Position numbers and translations under genes: made by a program. Below, piece by piece: positions 8,291 through 16,886 of a stretch of DNA of 64,000 nucleotides (the first letter of the stretch is position 1; the number at the start of each line of letters is the position of its first letter). This stretch comes from Bacteroidaceae bacterium (GTDB taxonomy: Bacteria > Bacillota > Clostridia > TANB77 > CAG-508), in contig CAVFFR010000002.1 of assembly GCA_963621875.1 (NCBI GenBank), positions 704 to 64,703 of the forward strand, written 5' to 3'. Below the pieces are notes generated by a model, which was not told the DNA's origin, did no database searches, and worked only from the letters and a program-made list of their open reading frames with translations.

Positions 8291-9519
8291 TATATGCTTC
8301 TCATTTCTTTTATCATTATATCTGCAAATACTCCATATCCTTGCGTTGGATCATTTACAAGTACATTTGTTACTGCTCCTATAAATTTTCCTTGTTGTAT
8401 TATTGGAGCTCCGCTCATTCCTTGTATAATTCCTCCAGTTTTTTCTAGTAACTCCTTGTCAGTTATTTTTATCAACATACTTTTATTGTTTTGATTATTG
8501 TTTATATATATTCTTTCTATTTCTATATCATATTCTTTTTTGCTTGAATTTTCTAATTGACAAATTATTTGTGCTGGTCCTTCTTTTATTTCGTTTCTTG
8601 TTGCAACTTCTATTTCTTTAGTTAAATCCGCTTCTAAATAATTTTTATTTTTAACAGTTCCATATACACCAAAGTTTGTGTTCTTATAAATTGTTCCAAT
8701 TGTTTTTCCCTGTTCTATCGTGCCTCTTATTTCTCCTGGATATCCTTTTTTTCCTTTTGTTATTGATACAATATTTGCTGTAACTAATTCTCCATTTGCA
8801 ATATTTACAATTTCTTCTGTATCTATATCAGAAATTCCGTGTCCTAAGGCCATAAATAAATTTGTTTTTGGCTCATAAAATGTTAGCGTTCCTACACCCG
8901 CTGCTGCGTCTCTTACCCATAATCCAATTTTATATGTGTTTTTAGATTTTACTGGTGTAATATCTGCTTGCATAGTTTGTTCATTTCTTAAATATTTTAT
9001 ATTTATCGTATTTCCTTCACTTTTCTCTACTTCTTTTATTAAATCATCTGTGTTTTTAACTGCATTATTATTCACTTCTAGTATGGTATCTCCCTGTTCT
9101 ATTCCAGAGTTTTCATATGGTTTCTTTTTTTCATTATTATCTGTTTCTATTTGACTCATTCCAACTACTAATACACCTTTTGTATATAATTTCATTCCTA
9201 TTGCATTTCCTAATGGTACTACTGTTGTTTTTGGTATTACATTTACACTTACTTCTTTTACAGGTATTATTCCAAAAAGATTTAGATTTAAATTACAAGT
9301 TCCCTCTGTATTGTTAATTTTTTCTTTATTTATATTATTTGCTGTTAATATCGTTTTGCTATTTTTTGATTTAAAAATTAAACCTGTTGCTATTTTAAAA
9401 TCTAGATTTTCTCCTTCAAATATTATTATTTTCTTAGGAATAGAGTTTATTGAGCATATATATACATATAATAAAAGTAATACTAATATTATTGTAATTT
9501 TGGTAAATTTTTTTCTCAT
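8290..9519 (-). CDS. spoIVB: SpoIVB peptidase (S55), stage IV sporulation signalling protease
   Basis: PDZ-like region followed by GTLTFYEP...ALGHGISD and GMSGAPI serine-protease motifs. I chose the start at ATG 9517-9519 (GGAGAAAAG SD, MRKKFTKITIIL signal anchor) rather than the track start. Confidence 0.85.
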   Translation of the reverse strand: MRKKFTKITIILVLLLLYVYICSINSIPKKIIIFEGENLDFKIATGLIFKSKNSKTILTANNINKEKINNTEGTCNLNLNLFGIIPVKEVSVNVIPKTTVVPLGNAIGMKLYTKGVLVVGMSQIETDNNEKKKPYENSGIEQGDTILEVNNNAVKNTDDLIKEVEKSEGNTINIKYLRNEQTMQADITPVKSKNTYKIGLWVRDAAAGVGTLTFYEPKTNLFMALGHGISDIDTEEIVNIANGELVTANIVSITKGKKGYPGEIRGTIEQGKTIGTIYKNTNFGVYGTVKNKNYLEADLTKEIEVATRNEIKEGPAQIICQLENSSKKEYDIEIERIYINNNQNNKSMLIKITDKELLEKTGGIIQGMSGAPIIQQGKFIGAVTNVLVNDPTQGYGVFADIMIKEMRSI

Positions 9520-9624
9520 TACTTTTCTCCTTTTGTGCATAATAAAAAATAACAAATAAATTTTTAAAATTTATCTGTTATTATTATGATCAATTATATA
9601 TTTTTTAAACTTACTTAATTTTCT

Positions 9625-10410
9625 TTATTGCTCTGTTGAAAGATTAGATTGATATTTCTTTATTAACCAGTTGTAATAATTAAATGGTTCTATTGTTTCT
9701 GGTGTTTTATAATCAACTCCGTATGTTTCAACTCTTATTTGTGTTATTACTGGTGGATTTACAGGAACATCTATTCCAGATTCAGCATCATCATCCCTTG
9801 TTATAACTTCAACATTTGCAATTTGATCTAATACATCTAATCCTTCTATAACTTTACCAAATCCTGCATAAGCGCCATTTAAATTTTCGTTGTCGTTTGT
9901 CAATATAAAGAATTCTGAACCAGCTGAATTATATCCTTCTGTTATTAAAGAAGAATCTTGTCTACCATAATCATTTCTTTCCATTGCAATAACGCCTTTT
10001 TCCATTTTTAAGGTATTTTCTCTATATCCGTTTGCTGTAAATTCTCCTTCTATACAGTATTCTTCATCAGCATCTTCATCTACATTCTTTATGTCACTTA
10101 ATTTTGGCAATTCCATTGATTCTGAATTTTTACTTCCACTTTTTATAAAGTATTCTGGGATTGTTTTATAAAAAGTTAAACCATCATAAAATCCATTGTT
10201 TGCAAGTGCTATGAAGTTAGTTACCGTATTGGGTGCATACTCTGGGTATAGTTCTATTTTTATTGTTCCAAAGTTTTCTACTTCTATTGTTGCAATAGGA
10301 TTTTGAACTTTTTGTGTTATTTTCTTACCATAACCTATTCCTACAAATACTATTCCTACTATAGTTGCTACTATTGCTATTATTAATATTATTTTTAAAA
10401 AATTTTTCAT
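9625..10410 (-). CDS. Cyclophilin-type peptidyl-prolyl cis-trans isomerase, membrane anchored
   Basis: N-terminal TM segment, then GTIKIELYPEYAPNTVTNFIALANNGFYDGLTFY and SAGSEFFI motifs. Confidence 0.8.
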   Translation of the reverse strand: MKNFLKIILIIAIVATIVGIVFVGIGYGKKITQKVQNPIATIEVENFGTIKIELYPEYAPNTVTNFIALANNGFYDGLTFYKTIPEYFIKSGSKNSESMELPKLSDIKNVDEDADEEYCIEGEFTANGYRENTLKMEKGVIAMERNDYGRQDSSLITEGYNSAGSEFFILTNDNENLNGAYAGFGKVIEGLDVLDQIANVEVITRDDDAESGIDVPVNPPVITQIRVETYGVDYKTPETIEPFNYYNWLIKKYQSNLSTEQ

Positions 10411-10432
10411 TATTTATTTCCTTACCTTTCAT

Positions 10433-11506
10433 TTATATAATTTCATTATCAAATACAAATTGTTCTTGCATTCTTCTTAACGATTGTTTTATCGTTCTTG
10501 CTCTAACTTCTCCTATTCCATCAACTTCATCTAATTGCGGAATATCAGCAGCTAGTATGTGTTGGAAAGATTTAAACGATTTTACTAAATTTTCAACTAT
10601 ACTTACAGGCATTCTTGGTATTTTATTTAGTACCCTATATCCTTTTGTATAAACTCCAACCTCGTCATAATTATCAAAATCTTCGTATCCAAGTAACTTT
10701 GCAATTACTTGTGATTTCATTAATTCTTCATATGATAGTTTCCTTATATCTTCTAATACTTTATCCGGACTCCTCCTTCTACTTACTACCATATAGTCTT
10801 TTATCATTAATAATTCTTCTTGCTCTAAGTCCCCAACTAATTCTTCTAGTTGCATTTCTAGTAATCTTCCGTCTTCTCCTAGTTCGCATATTGCTTTTTG
10901 AACTTCATCTACTACATTCATTACCATTTCTGCTCTTTGCACTGCTACTATTACATTTTCAAGTGTTACTATATCATTAAATTCATATTCATTTAAAAGA
11001 TTTAATTTCCTGTCAAATACATTCATATATTTTTCTACTGTTTGTAATGCTTGATTTGCTTTGGTTATTACTTGTGCAGTGTCTTCTAATACATATCTAT
11101 AATTGCCTTTAAATATTGTTATTATATTTCTTCTTTGAGATATGCTTATTACTAGATCTCCTGTTTGTTTAGCAGTTCTTTCTGCTGTTCTATGTCTAGT
11201 TCCTGTTTCCACTGTTGGAATTGAGGATGAAGGAATTAATTGAGCATTTGCAAATAGAATTTTTTTCAAGTCTGAACTTATTACTATTGCTCCATCCATT
11301 TTTGCAAGTTCATAAAGTCTAGCTGGCGAATATTCTACATTAATATTAAATCCACCATCTACTATATCCATAACTTCTTTTCCGTCACCAATTACAATAA
11401 GTCCACCAGTTTTTGCTTTTAGAATGTTCTCTAAGCCTTCTCTTATTTGAGTTCCTGGAGCTATCGTCTTTAATACTTCAATAATATCGTTATTGCTCGT
11501 TGCCAA
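10433..11506 (-). CDS. disA: DNA integrity scanning protein DisA (diadenylate cyclase)
   Basis: DAC domain (GGLIVIGD, DGAIVIS, RHRTAER) plus a C-terminal HhH (GIGEVRARTI). Sits in the conserved radA-disA order. Confidence 0.9.
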   Translation of the reverse strand: MATSNNDIIEVLKTIAPGTQIREGLENILKAKTGGLIVIGDGKEVMDIVDGGFNINVEYSPARLYELAKMDGAIVISSDLKKILFANAQLIPSSSIPTVETGTRHRTAERTAKQTGDLVISISQRRNIITIFKGNYRYVLEDTAQVITKANQALQTVEKYMNVFDRKLNLLNEYEFNDIVTLENVIVAVQRAEMVMNVVDEVQKAICELGEDGRLLEMQLEELVGDLEQEELLMIKDYMVVSRRRSPDKVLEDIRKLSYEELMKSQVIAKLLGYEDFDNYDEVGVYTKGYRVLNKIPRMPVSIVENLVKSFKSFQHILAADIPQLDEVDGIGEVRARTIKQSLRRMQEQFVFDNEII

Positions 11507-11550
11507 TCTGCATTCCTCCTAACAAATTTAGTATATAATCATATGTGTGC

Positions 11551-12915
11551 TTATTTTAATCCTATTTTTTGTAGTGCTTCGTTTATCGTCCTAACACTTA
11601 TTATATCTATTTTGTAGTCTTCTTTCAATAGTTTTTTATTATTTTCTGGAATTATACACTTTTTAAATCCCATTTTTTCTATTTCTTTTATTCTTTTTTC
11701 TATCATATTGACACTTCTAATTTCGCCTGTTAAGCCAACTTCTCCTATTGCAACTACATCATTTGGTATGCTTATGTTTCTAAAACTTGATGCTATTGCT
11801 AGGACTGTTCCTAAATCCACCGCTGGTTCTACTAATCTTATTCCACTTACTACATTTAAGTAAACATCTTGTGAACCTAATGGCATACTCGCCTTTTTTT
11901 CTAAAACTGCAATTAACATTGTTAATCTGTTATAATCTATTCCGTTTGCCGTTCTTCTTGGTAATCCATAAACACTTGGCGTTGTTAATGCTTGAAGTTC
12001 TATTAAAAGTGGTCTTGTTCCTTCCATACTTGCTACTATTATTGAACCTGGCGGGTTGTCTGGTCTATCTGATATTAGTATTTGTGAAGGATTTTTTATT
12101 TGTACCATTCCTTCGTTTCTCATTTCAAACATTCCTATTTCGTTTGTTGATCCAAATCTATTTTTTACACTTCTTAAAACTCTATATGAAAAATATCTTT
12201 CTCCCTCTAAATATAAAACAGTGTCTACCATGTGTTCTAAAACCCTTGGCCCTGCTATATTACCGTCTTTTGTAACATGTCCAATTATTATTGTTGTAAT
12301 TCTGTGTCCTTTGCTTATTCTCATTATTCTTGCTGTTATTTCTCTAACTTGACTTACCGTTCCTGCTGCTGATGTAATTTCTCCTGAATACATTGTTTGA
12401 ATTGAGTCGACTATTACCAGCTTTGGATTCATTGCAAGTATTGTTTCTTCTATTACATCTATATCTGTTTCGCCCAAGAACATTATGTTATTGTTCTTTA
12501 TTCCTAGTCTATCTGCTCTAATTTTTACTTGTTCTGCTGATTCTTCTCCTGATATGTATAATACTTTCCCATTTCCAGTTATCTTGTCACATAATTCTAA
12601 TATAAGGGTAGATTTTCCTATTCCTGGCTCTCCTCCTAGTAATACTAGTGACCCACTTACCAGACCTCCACCTAAGACTCTGTTAAGCTCTGCAATTCCT
12701 GTATCTATTCTTGATTCATTTTTCCCTACAACTTCATCCAACACTTGTGGTGTTGATTTTTCTTTTATACCTCTGCCTGTTGCTGAAGATTTTGTTTCTA
12801 CTATTTTTTGTTCAAAAAAAGTATTCCAACTATTGCAAGCTGGACATTTTCCAAGCCATTTCGGCGACTCATATCCACATTCATTACACACAAAGACCGA
12901 TTTTGCTTTTGCCAT
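11551..12915 (-). CDS. radA: DNA repair protein RadA/Sms
   Basis: N-terminal CNECGYESPKWLGKCPAC zinc finger, Walker A GEPGIGKST, KNRFG motif and a Lon-like C-terminus. Confidence 0.92.
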   Translation of the reverse strand: MAKAKSVFVCNECGYESPKWLGKCPACNSWNTFFEQKIVETKSSATGRGIKEKSTPQVLDEVVGKNESRIDTGIAELNRVLGGGLVSGSLVLLGGEPGIGKSTLILELCDKITGNGKVLYISGEESAEQVKIRADRLGIKNNNIMFLGETDIDVIEETILAMNPKLVIVDSIQTMYSGEITSAAGTVSQVREITARIMRISKGHRITTIIIGHVTKDGNIAGPRVLEHMVDTVLYLEGERYFSYRVLRSVKNRFGSTNEIGMFEMRNEGMVQIKNPSQILISDRPDNPPGSIIVASMEGTRPLLIELQALTTPSVYGLPRRTANGIDYNRLTMLIAVLEKKASMPLGSQDVYLNVVSGIRLVEPAVDLGTVLAIASSFRNISIPNDVVAIGEVGLTGEIRSVNMIEKRIKEIEKMGFKKCIIPENNKKLLKEDYKIDIISVRTINEALQKIGLK

Positions 12916-12965
12916 TCTTTCTATTCCTTCCTACGGCATAAATTTTATCTTCTATATAATATCAA

Positions 12966-12995
12966 AAAGTTAGCAATTTTACAACTACTAACTTT
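12966..12995 (-). terminator. Intrinsic terminator after pilin-like gene 13018-13554
   Basis: AAAGTTAG...CTAACTTT, followed by a T-run on the minus strand. Confidence 0.5.
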
Positions 12996-13017
12996 TGTTT
13001 TCCTTGATTTTACTCTT

Positions 13018-13554
13018 TTATAATGTTTTTGCACTCTTTGTTTTCTCTGCTTCATTTCCAGCTACATCTGTAACAACTACTTTTATTTGGTAAGTTGTAT
13101 TAGGTTTTAAATTTTTAAACTTATATTCTTTTTCTGTTGTTACTTCTGATGTTACAGTTTCTGTTTCATTTGTTGCTGTGTATATAATAGTGTCTATTCC
13201 ACTTTCTTCTTCTGTAACACTTATCTGTACCGTTATGAAATTATTTGTAATTTTGGTGATAGTTATTTCATTTATTATTGGTTCTGTATTATCTTCACTA
13301 TGTAATACTCCATCTTCTATTGTTTTTTCATCTTTTTTTAAATCTTCTATTTGTTGTAGTCCTTCTTGTTGTGCTTGTTCTATATTTGTTTGGGTATCTC
13401 TTGCTTCTTTTACTATTCCTTTGTTGCCAAAACCAGATTTTACTGTTATTCCCGCTAAAATCATTGTAACAACAATGGTTATTACTAGTGCTATTAGCGT
13501 TATTCCTTTTTCATTCTTTCTTGCAATGCTATTTTCTTTTTTTATCTTCTGCAT
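13018..13554 (-). CDS. Type-IV-pilin-like protein with C-terminal fibronectin-III-like domain
   Basis: Basic leader MQKIKKENSIARKNEKG, then ITLIALVITIVVTMILAGITV (a class III signal-peptide shape, but Ala at +5). The C-terminus ITITKITNNFITVQISV...LKPNTTYQIKVVVTDVAGNE looks like FN3. Confidence 0.65.
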   Translation of the reverse strand: MQKIKKENSIARKNEKGITLIALVITIVVTMILAGITVKSGFGNKGIVKEARDTQTNIEQAQQEGLQQIEDLKKDEKTIEDGVLHSEDNTEPIINEITITKITNNFITVQISVTEEESGIDTIIYTATNETETVTSEVTTEKEYKFKNLKPNTTYQIKVVVTDVAGNEAEKTKSAKTL

Positions 13555-13692
13555 TGTTTTATCTCCTTGTTTTTTTATTATATATTTATAATAACACGAT
13601 AGTATTTATTTTTCAAGATTATTTTGTCGTTTTTTATCCTCAAAGTAAAAAGTAATACAACATCTGTCATATTACTTTTTAGTATTTTTGTA

Positions 13693-14901
13693 TTATCTTG
13701 GCCATACTCCCATATTTATTTCTTTACCATATGTTTTATCATCTTTTATTATTATTATCACTTGGTCAGTACCTGCGATATCATCTTCACAGTGAGTTTT
13801 TCCTAGTTTTATCAAATAGTCTGCAATACTTTCAGAACGCAAATAATCATATGTTTCAGAATGTTCTATAGTTTCTGTTATATTTATTGTCTCATTGTTA
13901 TATATTATATATGCTTTTTCAAATGTTGTTGATATATTAGTATCTGCATTCTGTAATAATATAATAGCATTGGTGGGTTCGTCTAGTTCTCTTACTATTT
14001 TATATGTATTATCAGCACTAGCTTCAATATTGTTTACTTCTACTTTTTTAGTATATGTTTTACCTGTTACTAAATCTTGTACTTTAAATGTATATGTGCC
14101 ATTTTCTGTTGCTACATATGAATTGGAGATTTCATTGTCTGGATTTGCTACATTGTAAAATTCTATAGTTTCAGTATCCTTATTATAGTACATGTCAAGT
14201 GATTCAAACAAGATTCCGTTTAGTCCTTCTTCACTTGTTTCTACTGCCGTCCAGAAAGCATCTTCTGTTGCCTCTGAAATTATTCCTCGTTTTTCGGCCC
14301 AATCTAATGCATCTTGAAATGTTGTGCAATTATTTACCACCTTCATATACGCATTTCTAATTATTTCTTTCTTTTTGTCTTCACTTAGTGAATTTATAAA
14401 ATTATTAAGTTCTTCTTCTTCTTTTGCTATTGTTGTCAGTCCATCTACAGATGTCACTTTTAGTAATACCATTGACGATTTGTCTGTATCTGATATTTCT
14501 ATCTCTATTTTGCTTTTACTAATGTTTATTGTTACACTACTATAACTTATTTCTTTTACTATACTTCCATCTTTTTTCTTTATTATAATTAGTTCTTGTT
14601 CTCTATCTATTTCGTCCTCTGTTAGTAGCTTTCTAGAAATTAGACTGGCTAGAACTGTATCTGCACTTTCTTGTGCTTGATTTGATTCTTTTTTTATAAA
14701 ATTGCTTTGTTTCCATAGTCCTATTTCATCTTCTACCTGTGATGCCCTTGTTTCTAATCTAGCATCTTTAGATTTTCCTATAATACCATTATTGTCTAGT
14801 ACTAAGCTTATGCTTACTCCTGCTAGTATTAAAAGCACTACAATTGTTACCACTAATGCAATTAGCGTAATTCCTCTTTTATTTTTTAATTTTTGATTCA
14901 T
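13693..14901 (-). CDS. Type-IV-pilin-like protein (402 aa)
   Basis: MNQKLKNKRG/ITLIALVVTIVVLLILAGVSI prepilin-like N-terminus (Ala at +5), followed by a large non-repetitive extracellular part. AGAGAGG SD. Confidence 0.65.
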   Translation of the reverse strand: MNQKLKNKRGITLIALVVTIVVLLILAGVSISLVLDNNGIIGKSKDARLETRASQVEDEIGLWKQSNFIKKESNQAQESADTVLASLISRKLLTEDEIDREQELIIIKKKDGSIVKEISYSSVTINISKSKIEIEISDTDKSSMVLLKVTSVDGLTTIAKEEEELNNFINSLSEDKKKEIIRNAYMKVVNNCTTFQDALDWAEKRGIISEATEDAFWTAVETSEEGLNGILFESLDMYYNKDTETIEFYNVANPDNEISNSYVATENGTYTFKVQDLVTGKTYTKKVEVNNIEASADNTYKIVRELDEPTNAIILLQNADTNISTTFEKAYIIYNNETINITETIEHSETYDYLRSESIADYLIKLGKTHCEDDIAGTDQVIIIIKDDKTYGKEINMGVWPR

Positions 14902-14967
14902 CTTTTTCCTCTCTTTCTTTGGTATTTTAGTGTTTTTTTACACTCCTTTTTCTTTTAGTATGTCATT

Positions 14968-14996
14968 ATTATAAAACATTATGTTTTATAAATCAA
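14968..14996 (-). promoter_or_regulatory. Sigma-A-type promoter TTGATT-17-TATAAT for the pilin-like gene, with a palindrome in the spacer
   Basis: Minus strand: -35 at 14991-14996, -10 at 14968-14973. The spacer contains the perfect palindrome ATAAAACAT-T-ATGTTTTAT (14971-14989). Confidence 0.55.
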
Positions 14997-15120
14997 TGTT
15001 ATTTAATTTTTTATTAAATATGTTATTTAATAAAAAATCTTAGATGCCGAACTGTCTTATTCTCTAAGGTTATACTGTTTATATGTGTTTATTACTTTTA
15101 TAATTTTTTGTTTTATACTA

Positions 15121-15150
15121 TTGACTTTTTTCTTACAGTTATGCTATATA
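15121..15150 (+). promoter_or_regulatory. Outward-facing extended -10 promoter TTGACT-18-TGcTATATA inside the module
   Basis: Conserved in copy 1 (TTGATT-17-TGcTATAAA). It points away from the pilin gene, toward palindrome B and a hairpin. Confidence 0.5.
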
Positions 15151-15212
15151 TAAAGATAGTTAGTTTTAATTAAATAACATATTTAATTAAAACTATTTTC
15201 TATCAACATATT

Positions 15213-15264
15213 AAAGTGGTAAGATAAAAATAGATACCAAAGTCTGCTTTTATCTTACCACTTT
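15213..15264. terminator. 17-bp perfect stem-loop downstream of the outward promoter
   Basis: AAAGTGGTAAGATAAAA-18 nt-TTTTATCTTACCACTTT. Confidence 0.45.
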
Positions 15265-15400
15265 ACCTATTATTCTATAGCTTTATATATTTCAGAACAG
15301 CAAAAAACCAATTTTTCAAGTATTTGTCTTTACTTTTTACATTTCTTATAGTAGAATATGTAAGATTAAATTTTTAAGTAACATATTAAAGGAGTTTTTT

Positions 15401-15976
15401 ATGGCAGGTTTACCCATAGTAGTAAAGTATTTAATAGTATTTTTTGTAAGTATGGTCCCAATTGTTGAGTTAAGAGGAGCTATTCCTATTGCAGAAAGCT
15501 TAGGATTAAATATTTTTTTATATTATCCAATTGCAATTTTAGGCAATATGCTTCCAGTTCCAGTTATTTACTGGTTTGCAAGAAAAGTTCTCGAATGGGG
15601 TAAAGATAAAAAAGTAATCGGAAAGTTTTTCACTTGGTGTTTAAATAAAGGTGAAAAAGGTGGAGAAAAATTAAAAGCTTCTGCTGGAAATAATGGTATC
15701 TTTTGGGCTTTATTAATATTTGTTGGTATTCCATTACCAGGAACAGGTGCTTGGACTGGAACTTTAGCAGCATCATTCTTAAAGCTTGATTTTAGGACAA
15801 GTATTACAGCTATTTCTCTTGGCGTTATACTAGCTGGTATTATAATGTCTTTAGGTAGTAAAATTGTATCTATCTTTGGTTGGACAGGTGTTGTGGCCCT
15901 TATTGCAGTTTTACTTTTGATACTAGTTGTTTCTATTATTTTAAAGAAGAAAAAAGAAAAAAAGAATGTCGAATAA
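15401..15976 (+). CDS. Small multidrug export-like membrane protein (COG2426 type)
   Basis: The VPIVELRGAIPIA motif near the N-terminus and GIPLPGTGAWTG are characteristic of this family. Confidence 0.65.
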   Translation: MAGLPIVVKYLIVFFVSMVPIVELRGAIPIAESLGLNIFLYYPIAILGNMLPVPVIYWFARKVLEWGKDKKVIGKFFTWCLNKGEKGGEKLKASAGNNGIFWALLIFVGIPLPGTGAWTGTLAASFLKLDFRTSITAISLGVILAGIIMSLGSKIVSIFGWTGVVALIAVLLLILVVSIILKKKKEKKNVE

Positions 15977-16051
15977 GCAAAAAGTCCTCTTATCAAACAT
16001 ATAAGAGGATTTTTTATCTAATTTTAATTGAATTCATTGAATCTATTAATT

Positions 16052-16754
16052 CTATTCTTCTTGGAATTCCTTTCCCAATTTATTTATTGCTTTTGTTTCT
16101 ATTCTTGACACATATGAACGAGATATTCCCATCATATCAGCAATTTCTTTTTGTGTTTTTGGTTTACCTCCTTCTAATCCAAAACGCAATTTAATAATTG
16201 TTCGTTCTCTATCTTTTAAAACATCCTTTACTTTCTGATAAAGTTTCTTAATTTTTATTTTTAAATCGACTTCATCTTCTATATTTTTATCATTACTTTC
16301 TATTACTTCTTTAAGTGTAACTGTATTATCATCCTTGTCTTTTCCAATTACATCTTCTAAGTATACTTCTGCTCCGATGTTTTTTAGTTGTTCTTAGATA
16401 CATTAATATTTCATTATCTATACATCTTGATACATATGTTGAGAGCTTTGTTCCTTTATTTACTTTAAAGCTATTTATTCCTTTTATTAATCCAATGGTA
16501 CCAATTGAAATTAAATCTTCTTGATCTACATTAGTGCTAGAATATTTTTTTGATATATGAGCAACTAATCTTAAGTTTCGTTCAATTAATATATTTTTAG
16601 CTTCTTCATCTCCATTTTCCATTTTCTTTAGATACATTTTTTCTTCTTCACTGCTTAATGGTTCTGGAAATAAATTATTACTCGCTATATATCCAATTGC
16701 AAATACTGATGTTTGTAAAAAAGCTAAAAAACCCGTTAATGAGATGGTAAGCAT
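16052..16754 (-). pseudogene. sigK: Pro-sigma-K (sporulation sigma factor) interrupted by a +1-nt frameshift in an A6 run
   Basis: N-terminal part: MLTISLTGFLAFLQTSVFAIGYIASNNLFPEPLSSEEEKMYL...ERNLRLVAHI...DLISIGTIGLIKGINSF...KGTKLSTY...CIDNEILMYLRTTKK. After the T6 run at 16380-16385 (plus strand) the sigma sequence continues in another frame: NIGAEVYLEDVIGKDKDDN...RTIIKLRFGL...TQKEIADMMGISRSYVSRIETKAINKL, ending at TAG 16052-16054. Confidence 0.8.
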
Positions 16755-16783
16755 TGCAAGCACCTCCATTTCTTGCTATACCA

Positions 16784-16811
16784 TAATATATGTTATAGCT
16801 TTTATGAAAGT
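16784..16811 (-). promoter_or_regulatory. Possible mother-cell (SigE/SigK-type) promoter AC-N17-CATAtatTA upstream of sigK
   Basis: Minus strand: gcACtttcataaaagctataaCATATATTA, about 30 nt upstream of the start codon. Confidence 0.35.
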
Positions 16812-16886
16812 GCCTGACCTTAAAAATTTATTTTTTTTCATAATTTTGTTGTTTTGGCATACTTATTTATAAGGTGTTAGAGGTTT

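Larger units (their letters stand above)
14965..15197. repeat. Copy 2 of the ~235-bp control module (upstream of the pilin-like gene)
   Basis: Collinear with 5466-5705. Palindrome A at 15011-15033 (ttattaaat-atgtt-atttaataa). Palindrome B at 15166-15190 (ttaattaaat-aacat-atttaattaa). Both share the 19-mer attaaatatgttatttaat, in inverted orientation. Confidence 0.7.

Noticed and set aside
14902-15200. A c-di-GMP or other known riboswitch in the pilin-gene leader (as upstream of some clostridial pilin genes)
   Set aside because: The leader is almost pure A/T and has none of the conserved GC-containing helices or motifs I would expect. The paired palindromes and promoters explain the conservation better.
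15401-15976. The small multidrug-export-like gene as a possible prepilin peptidase for the neighbouring pilin-like genes
   Set aside because: Its motifs (VELRGAIP, GIPLPGTG) fit the small-exporter family. I see no paired catalytic Asp (GxGD-type) signature of A24 peptidases.
16052-16769. A skin-like intervening element in sigK
   Set aside because: The two halves are contiguous, separated only by a 1-nt frame change. No inserted DNA and no recombinase gene interrupts the gene.
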